Assembly: GCF_963921235.1 (NCBI RefSeq)
Contig: NC_086097.1
Location: 5,952,001-6,016,000 of the forward strand
Length of the DNA stretch: 64,000 bases
Direction of reading: 5' to 3'
DNA from: Mobula hypostoma
Taxonomy: Eukaryota
Shown: one piece after another, positions 25,106 to 42,196 of the stretch
Layout: every line of letters starts with the position of its first letter
Numbering within the stretch: position 1 is the first letter of the stretch
Translations under genes and position numbers: made by a program
Notes under the pieces: model-generated
Told to the model about the DNA's origin: nothing
The model's input: only the letters and a program-made list of their open reading frames with translations
Databases searched by the model: none

Positions 25106-26934
25106 ACTTTACAACTCTTGTGCTCTGCATCTCTAACCCTGGTCGTTATCCATCATGCCCTGTTAGAGAACAATACTCCATCAGCTATCTAGGATTTCTG
25201 CTTACCCCCTTTCCCCCAGAGACCTTATTCCATCCATCCTCAGTTACATTGTGAAAGAGATGAACCACCCTTCCACTCCACTCACTCATTCCAAGAGTCC
25301 GGCTTCTTGGAATTCTATAGAATTATATACATTAAACAGTCCAGAAAGAGTCCATCTGGCTTAACTTGTCCACTTAGCTTGCACTGAATATCCTCCTATT
25401 CTCTTCCACCTGCGTCTTTAACCATAACCCTTTTCTCTTCTCCATTGTGCACTTACCTCGTCCGAAACATTGACTGTACTTTTTTCCTTAGATGCTGCCT
25501 GGCCTGCTGAGTTCCTCCAGCATTTTGTGTGTTGCTTGGATTTTCAGGATCTGCAGAATTTCTCCTGTCTTTAAATGTCACTTGGATCAATCTTCCCCTT
25601 TGGTAGCTGGTTCCTTATTCTCATCATTCAATGGGAAAATTATTTTGTCAAATTTCCCCATTTGACTATTTGGTGATTATTGTATATCAACACATGTCTC
25701 AAGAGTTGGTTTTCCCATATGGGCACACAGTTTCTGCATCCTGTTGGTTAAGAACATCTTCTCCCATAATTTTCTGTTCGGTCACATCTAAGGAATTCAC
25801 AATAAATACATGAAATGCAATAGAATCAATGAAAAAAACACAAGAAGATAGAAATCATTGTAACACACACAAATCTGGAGAAAGTCGGCAGATCAGGCAG
25901 CATTTATGGGAGTGAATAGTTGTGATGGACATTGGTGGAGTTTGTGGTATTTTTGGCAGGAGATGCAGAGAGGAGATCAGGAGAGATGGATGTATGATTC
26001 GATCCAATGGGAAGATGCAATTGAATGGAATGCTTCATGAAACAGAGGTCTAGGATGGGAAGTCCTACTGGTAACTGGTGATGAGAATTCAGTACCTTGA
26101 GTAATGGTCATGCCCAGCTTCTGGACAACACTAGCTCCAACACATGTGCACATTCAGATTGGTTTAACTGTAATGGGCTCTTCTATTTTTTTTGTCTTCT
26201 TTTCCTCTTAATAACTGGTTGATAAAGCTGAAATTAGTAAATGCACTTTCTTTGCAATTGTATGCAGTGTACAATCTGTTATTTCTTTGCAAAGGATAAT
26301 TGTGTATGGGCCTTATTATACAGCATTCACTCAAATTAGGGTTCAGTTAATCAAAACACCCCAACTTTCGTTGGCGCTTTAGTGGAGTCCTTGTGTGTTT
26401 GGGAGAATGATTTGTCTTATGTGTGTCAATCAGTCTTGCCTCTGAAGCTCTGTTGGCATTCCTCTGTTTAACCTCTTCTTTCCTTCTCTTCATGGACATT
26501 CTGCTATTCCTATGCTCCTGGGTCTAAGCGTTGGCAGTGCACCCCAGGACAGTGTCTGCACCTGCGTTGAGTCACCGTCAGCGCCCACCAGGACAAAGTC
26601 TGCCATTGCTCTGCACCGGGGTCCAGGCCTGCCAGCAGCCATGCTATCTCTGTATGAGAAAAGAGACACAGCTGATGGATCCTTGACCAATGCACTCACT
26701 TAGAGTTCCAGTAGACATGAATCTTTACTTTCTATTGTGGGTTTTGCATCTGTCGGCATTTTCATTTCCTTTACAGTGCCTAATTATTAACATGACTCCA
26801 AATGGCTTATGTCTGCTTTTCTGGAAGGCAGTACAATTAAAATTTTGGAAAATGAGGACATTTGTTCATATCTTGGAAGCTACTTCTTGACAAAGCTGAA
26901 TATCACTTTGCCTTCTGAGGAAAAATTTGTTCAA

Positions 26935-27510
26935 AGATCAAGTCAAGTTTATTGTCATTTTTAACTATATACATGTATACAGCCAAACAAGGCAATGTTT
27001 CTCCAGACCAGGGAGTAAAGCACAGAAATACACATAACACACGTATAACACACAATAACTTGGGAAAATAATAAAATCTGCAAATGAATTATATATAGAT
27101 AAACAAGGTAAAGTGTATAAACTAAATATTGTAGGGCACAGTACAATTATCCGGTGACACTTTGGATGCAATGTGGCAGGGAGTTCAGAAGTCTAATGGC
27201 CTGGTGTATCCCATCCTGACCATTCTTGTCTTTATGTATTGACATCTCCTGCCTGATAACAGAAAGTCAGAGAATGCTGGGTGGAATCCTTGATATTACT
27301 AAGGGCCCTGTGCTCCATATAAATTTCCCAATGGATGGTAGGGAGATCCCTATGATCCTCTCGGTTGTTCTCACAACCCTTCGTAGGGACTTCCGATCCG
27401 CTGTTCTACTGCTCCCATTCCAGTTGGAAATGCAGCTTAACAGGACATTCTCAATGGTACTCCTGTAAAATTCAGTTAATGTGGGGGTGGGAGGGAGCCT
27501 CACTTGCCTA
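26935..27510 (-). mobile_element. Rex1-type LINE 3' part
   Basis: LTEFYRSTIENVLLSCISNWNGS...RKSLRRVVRTTERIIG. Confidence 0.85.
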
Positions 27511-30224
27511 AAACCCATTATAAAGTTCATATCAAGCAGCTGAGATCCCTGCTCTCCTGAATGTTCTGTAGCAGAATCTACATCAGGTACAACAAAGTGA
27601 TGCCGAGTTCTCATCAACAACATTATCAGTGTTGTATCAACCTACTGTCTTCTACAAGACCCTTCCAGAGCTTGGGCAGAAACAAGCAAAAGCTGCCTCC
27701 ACCCATTCTGGGGCAATGATAACATACCTGGCCTTATTAGTAACCAATTAAACTCCATCCTCTAAACCTGTGCTGCATTTCCAAATCAGCCACGGTCCCA
27801 GTGTTTCAATTAGGTCTTTCACTTGTTCAGTCAACTGGGTTCCATTGCCTAGCAAGTGATTCCCCAGAATGTTATGGTAGTGGCACGAAGATTATTATTG
27901 TCACCATTATCTTGGTCTTAAAGCTCTCAATGGTCTGGGGCTAGAGTACATCAAAGAATTGTTTTCATTATTGTCCAGCTCAAGCTCTCAAAAATCTCAA
28001 AAATTGTCAAAAGACAATTAACAGGTCAGCTTTTTTTAAAACTACACTCAAAGGATTCAAAGTACATTTGTTATCAAAATATGCATGCAGTGTACAACCC
28101 AGAGATTTGCCTTCCCCCACAGACAGCCAAAAGCAAAGAAAACCATCAAACCCTCCCCACACACAAAAAAACACACACAAACAGTGACAGGAAAATTAGC
28201 AAAAAACGCAATATAAAACACAACAAAACAAAAGAGTCCTGGCATAATTCACTTCAATTCAGTGTTGATTATCTACAGATAGGCCCGATTCCAAGTCTCC
28301 TGAAATAGCAACAGAAAAAGGAGGAGCAGAAACCAGAAAAAATGTCATAATGTGATTTACAGTCCAATCCACAAAAACGGTAGACCCAGAGCTCCTAAAA
28401 CTATCAGGGATGCAACATATTGACATTTTTAAGTGCCAGCTCAAAACCTACTTATTTAACCTGGCTTTTAACCAACAACTTTTTTTTATCTTTTAATTTC
28501 ATGTTCATTGCCATTTTATTATTTTATTTTCATGTTTGCACTTTATCGCATTGAGGACTTTGAACTACATCGTCTATGCTGGAAATCACTGTTTTTTATT
28601 GGGACTTTTTAACAGACTCATGTATTTTTCACAGTATGTGGTGGTTTATCCCCATTCATCGGCACAAAGCGTATAATGGCTAAACTAACTGCTTATAGCT
28701 CTATGGTTTATCATCTTTCTCATTTTTCATTGGCTAAGTATCAGCACATTACCCACGTGATGTAATTGTTTTGATTATGTAGCCTGTTAACTAGTTTACT
28801 CCTCTCTAATGAATTTCTTATCTTATCAATAAAAGTGAAGGACTTTTCAGAGGGCCCATCTTTAATCTTTTGTCTTTGCCATTCTCTTAACTCTTGGCAT
28901 TGTTTCTCAGCTCTTTATTTAGTTGGCTTAGTATTTGTGTTTTTATACTCTAAAATAAACTATTGTTAGAATTAAGACTGCTATCATTCCTGACTCCCAG
29001 AAGAACCCTAAGGATTAGAAAAGGAGCAGAGATCCAACAGGCTGTATCAAAAATTCTCTATAAATAAGATTATTATTACTATTTTCTATTCCAGATATTA
29101 TAAACATCGTAAAGGCTGGTTGAGGTGGCCTTCAATTACTCAACATTCAGATTTTGAGGTTTAAAATACTGAAAGACATTTCCTTCTCGTTGATTATGTA
29201 ATGTTCCAGGGTAGCGATCTGTGAAATTGTGTCGTCTACAGATTGTGGATTTATGAAGTATGTATCTGTGTGACTTTATCATCTTTTCTGAATTTACCGG
29301 TGAAGACAAATTGCTTTATAATATTTTCTCTACTTTGTGTTGGAGCTGAGCTGAAAATATGCTTGTGATTGGGTTCAGCTCAATATTTTGCATTTGCAGT
29401 TTAACTCCCACATCTATAGTAATAGTGACAAGCAAATTTAAATTAATCATCAAGGATCAACGTAATTCATCATACATATATACAAGTGCTCTACCGTATT
29501 AGGAATCTGCTGCAATGCTTCGCACAGGCAGACATACAACAAAAAACAACATTCAACAATTATAAGGAATAAAACATCATATTGAAAATAAAAAAAAACT
29601 AATTTCCTTTTATATCATCTCAATGTGTACTTAAGAATGTATAAATAATTATAGTTTTATACATATAAAAAATGGAAAAGGTAAAAAAAAATAAAGAATG
29701 ATATTTGAAAAGCTGATAAAGTAAGAAGGTAAAGAATAGATGTAGAATAAAATATGCATAAATATACATAAATACATAGATATCAGCATATATTTGCAAT
29801 GCAGACACTCAGCAATTCAGGAACAGCTTCTTCCCCTCTGCCATCTGATTCCTAAATGGACATTGACACTACCTCACTTTTTAAAAATGTACAGTATTTC
29901 TGCTTTTGCACATTTTTTAAATCTATTCAATATACATAATTGATATATTTGTTCATTAATTATTTTTTTAAATCTTATTTATTATTTTTTTCTCTTCTAT
30001 ATTATGTATTGCATTGAACTGCTGCTGCGAAGTTAACAAATTTCACATCACATGCCAGTGATAATAAATCTGATTCTGATTTGATTCCAGTTTAAAGTTT
30101 TGAGGGTGCAGTGCAGTGATGGGCGTAATAGATAGATGTGATGAGGGGTGAGGGGGCTAACAAAATGACTCTGTCCCAAACATTAAAAAAATACTAGAGA
30201 CTATATCCTCATCATAATATCCAA

Positions 30225-30565
30225 CCTGCACAGAGTGGCGGAGTGGAGCGATGTCGCTACCAAAGAAGGCGTAAGGCATGCCTTCCCTTCACTAGCCTAC
30301 AGGTCACCCTTGCGCAAGGTAAAGCACCTGCTTAGGCCCCCTTCGCCAAGCCCACCCAGTCAGGGTCATGTGAAGCCGCGGGAACAGGTGGTGGATGGTC
30401 GTATGAGCAGCTGGTGAACATCACATGTCCTGGTTATGCGACCACTGACACCAGGCAGACAATCTCTAGAGTATTGATAATGGCTTCTGTCACCGTCTTG
30501 TACAGACACTGCTCAGAAAAAGGCAATGGCAAACCACTTCTGTAGAAAACTTTGCCAAGAACAAT
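30225..30565 (+). mobile_element. RTE-related SINE/non-autonomous element
   Basis: aaggcaatggcaaaccacttc (Bov-A/RTE 5'UTR-like); homologous to 40290-40652. Confidence 0.7.
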
Positions 30566-31153
30566 TCAGAATTCAGAATCAGGTGCATTATCACCTGCAT
30601 GTGACGTGAAATTTGTTAACTTAGCAACAGCAGTTCAATGCAATACATAATATAGAAGAGAAAAAATAATAAAATAAAAATATGATAATAAATAAGTAAC
30701 TCAATTACAGTATACATATATTGAATAGATTTTAAAAAACGTGCAAAAAACAGAAATAGTGTATATTAAAAAAAGTAAGGTATGTCCAAGGGTTCAACGT
30801 CCATTTAGGAATCCGACGGCGCACTCTTGAGGGGAAGAAACTGTTAGTGAATCGCTGAGTGTGTGCCTTAAGGCTTCTATACCTCCCTGGTGGTAACAGT
30901 GAGAAAAGGGCATGTCCTGGGTGCTGGAGGTCCTTAATAATGGATATGCCTTTCTGAGACACCGCTCCCTGAAGATGTCCTGGGTACATTTTAGGCTAAT
31001 ACCCAAGACGGAGCTGACTACATTCTAGATTTATAACCCTCTGCAGCTTCTTTGGTCCTGTACGGTAGCCTGCTCCCCCCCCACCCCCTCCATACCAGAC
31101 AGTGACGCAGCCTGTCAGAATGCTCTCCATGGTACATCTATAGAAGTTTTTGA

Positions 31154-32096
31154 TGTCTAACTCTCACCTCGGCTAGTGGCTTACTATAGGGGATGATAGA
31201 CCTGGGCCCGGCCAAACTTAAAAGATCTCGTTTGGGTGGATGCTGCCTGATGCGTCCCCTGTTACAAATCAGTACCCCAAAATAACAAACAGTACACAAT
31301 ATGCGATTAAACGACTGAGCTTTGTAACTCTTAATTTGACTATATGGTTAGTAAAGAAAACAAAAAAGAAAAAGGGCCCATTCTCATGAAACAATCTATT
31401 GTGCAATGTTGGAGCTCACTGATAGGCTGGTCGTCCACCATCGCCCTCCTCTGATCGTCGCTGCCCTTCGGACCCTCGCTCCAAGTCCACTCTGTCCGGC
31501 GGTCTACCAACTCTCTCCATTCGCGTCTTCTCTTCTCATCTCTCCCCAGCAAAAGACCCGCGAATTCCCAGCTCCCAGACACACAAGCAACAGCAACGTA
31601 AGATGTGTATAAGATGGTGAGAGGCATTGACCGTGTGGATAGTCAGAGGCTTTTTCCCAGGGCTGAAATGGTTGCCACAAGAGGACACAGGTTTAAGGTG
31701 CTGGGGAGTAGGTTCAGAGGAGATGTCAGGGGTAAGTTTCTTACTCAGAGAGAGGTGACTGCGTGGAATGGACTGCCGGCAACGGTGGTGGAGGCGGATA
31801 TGATAGGGTACTTTAAGAGACTTCTGGATAGGTACATGGAGCTTAGAAAAATTGAGGGCTATAGCTAAGCCTAGTAATTTCTAAGGTAGGGACATGTTCG
31901 ACACAACTTTGTGGACCAAAGGGCCTGTGTTGTGCTGTAGGTTTTCTATGTTTCTAACATCCTGCTCATTGGCTAGCATGCCCTATTATCTCCAGTCATA
32001 ACCCAAATATTGCTGCTACAGAGAAACAATTACCTCAGCAGAGGAACATTACAAAGAAGCCATTACACTAGCAGTGAAACCCTACAGCGTCCTACA
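31154..32096. mobile_element. LTR-like insert, itself carrying a CR1 3' end at 31597-31957 (+)
   Basis: TGT...ACA termini; interrupts the Rex1 frame; no clear TSD. Confidence 0.55.
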
Positions 32097-33813
32097 AGTG
32101 TATTTGTTGACATTCCAAATCTCTTCAAACTCCTAATAAAGTATAGCCACTGTCTTGCTTTCTTTATAACTGCATCGATATCTTGGGACCAGGTTAGATC
32201 CACAGAAATCTTGACACCCAGGAACTTGAAACTGCTCACTCTCTCCACTTCTGATCCCTCTATGAGGATTGGTATGTGTTCCTTCATCTTAATCTTCTGA
32301 AAGTCCACAATCAGCTCTTTCGCCTTACTGACATTGAGTGCCATGCTGTTGCTGGACACCACTCCACCAGTTGGCATATCTCACTCCTGTACTCTCTCTT
32401 GACACCATCTGAGATTCTACCAACAATGGTTGCATCATCAGCAAATTTATAGATGGTATTTGAGCTATGCCTAGCCATACAGTCATGGGTATATAGAAAG
32501 TAGAGCAGTGGGCTAAGCACACACCCCTGAGGTGCACCAGTGTTGATTGTCAGCTGAGGACGAGATATTACCAATACACACAGATTGTGGTCTTCTGGTT
32601 AGGAAGTTGAGGATCCAATTGCAGAAGGAGGTACAGAGGCCCTGGTTCTGTAACTTCTCAATCAGGATTGTGGGAATGATGGTATTAAATGCTGAGCTAT
32701 AGTCGATGAAAAGCATCCTGACATAGGTGTTTGTATTGTCCAGGTGGTCTAAAGCCGTGTGGAGAGTCATTGAGATTGTGTCTGCTGTTGACCTATTGTG
32801 GTGATAGGCAACTTGCAATGGGTCCAGGTCCTTGCTGAGGCAGGAGTTCACTCTAGTCATGACCAACCTCTCAAAGCATTTCATCACTGTCGATGTGAGT
32901 GTTACCGGGCGGTAGACATTAAGGCAGCTCACGTTATTCTTCTTAGGCACTGGTATAATTGTTGCCTTTTTGAAGCAAGTGGGAACCTCCACCCATGGCA
33001 GTAAGAGTTTGAAATTGACCTTGAAAACTCCCGCTAGTTGATTGGCACAGGTTTTCAGAGCCTTACCAGGAACTCCATCGGGACCTTCCGCCTTGCGAGG
33101 GTTCACTCTCTTTAAAGGCAGCCTATCATCTGCCTCTGAGACAGAGATCACAGGGTCATCAGGTGCAGCAAGGATCTTCACAGCTGTAGTTGTCTTCTCC
33201 CTTTCAAAGCAGGCATAGAAGAGGTCGAGTTCATCTGCCATTCATGCAATTGGGTTTCACTTTATGGGAAATAATGTCTTGCAAACCCTCCCAGAGTTGC
33301 CCTGCATCCGATGGGGCCTCCAGCTATGTTGAGATTGTCTCTTCGCCCTTGAAATAGATCTCCACAAATCATACCTGGTTTTCTGGTACAGGACTGGGTC
33401 ACTAGACTTGAATGTCACAGATCTAACCTTCAGCAGATGACGTACCTCCTGGTTCATCCATGGCTTTTGGTTTGGGAATGTACAGTAAGTCTTTGTAGGC
33501 CCACACTCATCCACTCAGGTCTTAATGAAGTCGGTAACTGCAGCATACTCATCCAGGTTCGAAGATGAATCTCTGAATACAGTCCAGTCTACTGATTCAA
33601 AGCAGTCCTGTAGGCGCTCCTGTGCTTCCCTTGTCCATACCTTCTTGGTCCTCACTACTGGTGCTGCAGTCTTCAGTCTCTGCCTATACTCAAGGAGAAA
33701 AGTATAGCCAGGTGATTGGACTTCCTGAAGTGGGAGCGTGGAATAGTATGGTAAGCATTCTTGATGGTGGTGTAGCAATGGTCCCGTGTGTTGTTTCCTC
33801 TGGTATTGCAAGT

Positions 33814-34805
33814 CATAGTCATAGTCATACTTTATTGATCCCGAGGGAAATTGATTTTCTTTACAGTTGCACCAACCAAGAATAGAGTATAAATATAGCA
33901 ATATAAAATCATAATTAATTAAATAGTAATATGTAAATTGTGCCAGGAAATAAGTCCACGACCAGCCTATTGACTCAGGGTGTCAGACCCTCCAAGGGAG
34001 GAGTTGTAAAGTTTGATGGCCACAGGCAGGAATGACTTCCTATGACACTCTGTGTTGCATCTCAGTGGAATGAGTCTCTGGCTGAATGTACTCCTGTGCC
34101 CAACCAGTCCATTATGTAGTGGATGGGAGACATTGTCCAAGATGGCATGCAACTTGGACAGCATCTTCTTTTCAGACACCACCGTCAGAGAGTCCAGTTC
34201 CATCCCCACAACATCACTGGCCTTACAAATGAGTTTGTTGATTCTGTTGGTGTCTGCTCCCCTCAGCCTGCTGCCCCAGCACACAACAGCAAACATGATA
34301 GCATTGGCCACCACAGACTCGTAGAATATCTTCAGCATCGTCCAACAGATGTTAAAGGACCTCAGTCTCCTCAGGAAATAGAGACGGCTCTGACCCTTCT
34401 TGTAGACAGCCTCAGTGTTCTTTGACCAGTCCAGTTTATTGTCAATTCGTATCCGTAGGTATTTGTAATCCTCCACCATGTCCACACTGACCCCCTGGAT
34501 GGAAACAGGGGTCACCAGTGCCTTAGCCCTCCTCAAGTCCACCACCAGCTCCTTAGTCTTTTTCACATTAAGCTGCAGATAATTCTGCTCACACCATATG
34601 ACAAAGTTTCCTACCGTAGCCCTGTACTCAGCCTCATCTCCCTTGCTGATGCATCCAACTATGGCAGAGTCATTAGAAAACTTTTGAAGATGGCAAGACT
34701 CTGTGCAGTAGTTGAAGTCTGAGTTGTAAATGGTGAAGAGAAAGAGAGACAAGATAGTCCGCTGTGGAGCCCCAGTGCTGCTGATCACTCTGTCGGAAAC
34801 ACAGT
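33814..34805 (-). mobile_element. Young Rex1-type LINE 3' part nested in the older Rex1
   Basis: 273-aa open frame TGAPQ...SFLPVAIKLYN and (GACTAT)n tail; host gtattgcaagt|gatctgttg resumes afterwards. Confidence 0.92.
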
Positions 34806-35784
34806 GTGATCTGTTGATGGTAATTGCTTTGTGGCTTTTTTCAGATTGGCATGGTTAAAATCTCCCAAAGTTATGGTGAAGTCATTAGGGTGTGCTGTTT
34901 CATGCATGTTGATCTCATTGCTCAAGTCATCTAAAGCATGGTTGACATTGGCCTGAGGTGGAATGAATACTGCTACCAAAATAACCCCGGAGAACTCCCG
35001 TGGTAGATGAAAAGGACGACACTTAACTGCTAGATATTCTAGGTCTGGTGAGCAGAATTGGGACAGCACTGATATATTTGTGCACTAAGAAGAGTTGATC
35101 ATGAGGCAAACTCCTGCACCTCTGCTTTTGAGAGACTCTATAGATCCATTCTGATGGTGTATAGTAAATCCGTCGATCCGAATCGCTGCATCTGGTACGA
35201 AAGGGGTCATGGAGGCCATTATTACACATGTCATACGACATGGCACATAACAATGTTGATGATGGCGACCTGTACAGTCCATACACTTCTCCTTGCTACA
35301 TAGCTAATCTGCAAAATGAACAGAAATTGTTCAAACTAAGTAATCTGCATTCCAGAACAGAGGATGCTCCAGCCTTATTCACCAATCTGCAGTACACACA
35401 TATCATTCCGTATGTGTTCATCTGGAGGCCAAGCCCCCAGTCATCATTGACTTGAACATAAAGAACATAGCGCAGTACAGTTCAGCAACAGCCCATGCTG
35501 TTGTTCAAAACTAATTAAACTAATGACACCTAATTACGCCTACCGGCATATCTTCCAGATCCCTCCATTCTTTGCCAATTCATGTGCCTATTTAAGAGCC
35601 TCAAATGATTCTATCTCACCTCACTCTTGTAATGACCCTGACAACAATTCCAGGTACCCACCTCCCTCTGTGAAAAATACGACCCCAAAAATCTCCTTTG
35701 GACTTCCTACTGCTCTCCTTAAATGACTGCCCTCCCATATTTTATAATACTTCGGTCCTGGGAAAAAGATACCAGCTGTCTACA

Positions 35785-39662
<3,878 letters not shown>

Positions 39663-40289
39663 AATTTTATGAAATTGTATCAGGTTTGGGTGTATTCTGG
39701 AGTTGTGGTATACAGCAAATATTAATTTCAACAGCAACCAGTGTTTAGATCTGACTATGGATTGGGTTTAAAGTGCATCTCAGAACAATAGTCTTCCTGC
39801 AGCTGCAGGCTGGGGTTGATTACAGACCAGGAATCACCTCATTGACCAGAGATGTCTGCATATAAATGAATGCAGCTCTGAGACAATGGTGATTAACATT
39901 CAGTCTAGAATGTCTGGAGTGTTGGTGTGAAGGTCAGGGTGCTTGAAAATTAACTGTATCCAAAGGATGTAGTGTGGATACATTGTACTGTAGAATTGAT
40001 CTGCCTTTAACTTTGATACTTAGCATATCAAAACTTCATGTAATATTGGGTCAGAGTGCCTCTTCCAAGAGTATCTCCAGTATGATGCCTTCTTGCTCTA
40101 CTAAATAGACTTCCATATCCACCAGTGTTTCCAGTAACTTAATTCACAGTAACAAGGTCTCCTCTCAGCTCTGTTGCTTCATGTTTGCCCAATCTCTCAT
40201 TATAGAATATTCCTTATAATCCATGCAGCATCCTATTAAATCTCTTCTGCACCTTCTCCATATCTTCCATGCCTTTAATATAAGGAGAT

Positions 40290-40652
40290 AATTCATCATT
40301 ATCATTAGTTGCTGTGTCATATGACACGGGGGATCATGGTCCTTCCATGACCATGATTGTTCTTGGCAAATTTTTCTACAGAAATAGTTTGCCATTGCCT
40401 TCTTCAGGGCAGTGTCATTATAAGACAGGTGACTGCAAGCATTATCAATACCCCTCAGAGACTGTCTGCCTGGTGTCAGTAGTTATAGAACCAGGACTTG
40501 TGATATGCACCAGCTGCTCCCATGGCTTCACGTGACCCTGATTGGGGGGGCTAAGCCAGTGCTACACCTTGCCCAAGGGTGACCTGCAGCTAGCGGAGAG
40601 AAGGGGCTTCTTACACCTCTTTTGATAGAGATGAATCTCCACACTGCCACCC
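40290..40652 (-). mobile_element. RTE-related SINE, near full length
   Basis: Homologous to 30225-30565; (tga)n-like tail. Confidence 0.7.
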
Positions 40653-41189
40653 GTATGAGACCAATATTGAATGTAATATTCCAGTTGTGTCCTAACCAGA
40701 GCTTTATAAAGCTGCAGCACAATTTTCTTGATCAACAAAGTGAATATAAAAATCCTCAAAAACAAATGTTGTCAACCGAAATGATCCTTCCTAAGTCTGG
40801 CTCTGAAGAATAAAATTGCTCTTTGAAAGACATCAAAGGTGAGAGGTAGGAGGTTTAGAATAGAATAGTACAGCACAGTACCGGCCCTTCGGCCCACAAT
40901 ATTGTGCCGACCCTTAAACTCTGCCTCCCATATAACCCCTCACCTTAAATTCCTCCATATTGAGGGCATCTGAAGGGAATTTATTCCCATAGACAGTGGC
41001 TGGAAACTGGAATACACTAGATGAGGGGGTACTGGTGGGAGATACTCTTACAACTTTTGAGATACATCTACCCAAGCACATTATTGCCAATATAGAGAAG
41101 ACTGTGGATTTTTTTTTGGATAAGTGGAATGGTTGCAACATTTGATACAGGCTAGAATGACCAAAGGGACTGTTTCTGTGTTGTATGAC

Positions 41190-41380
41190 TCAAAGTTCAA
41201 AGTCAATTTATTAACAAAATACATATACATGCATGGTCACCAGATACTACCCTGAGATTCGTTTTCCCGTGTGCATTCACAGTAAATAGAAAGAAACACA
41301 ACAGAATGAACAAACAAGGAAGACAAAAGCCAATCTGCAAAAACACAAAAAACAAGGAAATAATGATAATAACAACAATA
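41190..41380 (-). mobile_element. Rex1-type 3' terminus; its upstream continuation lies at about 56765-56895
   Basis: The two halves join into a 3'UTR resembling 15135-15410. Confidence 0.65.
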
Positions 41381-41879
41381 TTAACACCCAGAACCAGGGG
41401 CGGCCAGTAGAACAGCAGCAACAACTCCACGGATGGGACAAGACTATAGCACTGGGCTCTGGCCTCTGGCAGCGGGAGGTAGAGCTTGGAAAACTCGTCA
41501 GATGGAGAGCTGGTCGGCTGCATAGACTCGACAGATGAGGAGCCGATGCTCAGTGTTGGGCTCTTCAGGATGGTATGGGATGTGAGACATAAGGTGCAGG
41601 GAGTAGACATCCATCGGTGTAAAATCAGCCGCGGCCAATGGTCCTGAAACAAATCCCGACACGTCTGCACCCAGATTAAGTGGTGCTCTGGTCAGCTCTG
41701 TTCATGGTGTTAAGGGCTGCTGGAACGAAACCCTGGCTGACAGTATAAAAAGCAATACCCTTTCACTTTAGAAGTGGAGCTGTCTATAGAATAGGATGAT
41801 ACAGCTGCTGCTTGGGGAACACCAGAACAAGCCTGGAGCTGGCGCTGGGTGTGACAGTAAGTGAACCGCTAGTGATGCA

Positions 41880-42196
41880 GTGATGTAGTGTTGGTGCGTG
41901 GCCAAGTAGTTAAGGCGTTCATCTAGTGATTTGAAGGTCGCTAGTTCAAGCCTTGACTGAGGCAGCGTGTGTGTCCTTGAGCAAGGCACTTAACCACACA
42001 TTGCTCTGCGACGACACCGGTGCTAAGCTGTATGGGTCCTAATGCCCTTCTCTTGGACAACATCGGTGGCATGGAGAGGGGAGACTTGCAGCATGGGCAA
42101 CTGCTGGTCTTCCATACAATCTTGGCCAGGCCTGCGCCATGGAAACCTTCCAAGGTGCAAATCCATGGTCTTATGAGACTAACGGATGCCCCTACC
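41880..42196 (+). mobile_element. tRNA-derived SINE with CORE/Meta-like central domain
   Basis: A-box tggccaagtagttaagg, B-box gttcaagcc, gtgtccttgagcaaggcactt; TSD ctagtgatgca (41869-41879 and 42197-42207). Confidence 0.85.

Larger units (their letters stand above)
30566..35210 (-). mobile_element. Rex1/Babar LINE, near-complete ORF2, interrupted at 31154-32096 and 33814-34805
   Basis: APE (LEYLAVKCRPFHLPREFS, GDFNHANL), RT (YRPVTLTSTVMKCFERL, FIDYSSAFNTI, PQGCVLSPLLY, KFADD) and (ctgatt)n-type tail. Confidence 0.92.

Noticed and set aside
40545..40652. Possible HDV-like ribozyme at the RTE-related SINE 5' end (GGGUGGC/GUCACCC helix followed by GGGCA)
   Set aside because: P1- and P4-like stems are present, but canonical P3/L3 and P2 could not be fitted.
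41890..41965. tRNA-like sequences (also 54795-54865)
   Set aside because: SINE heads continuing into a shared body and flanked by TSDs; not tRNA genes.
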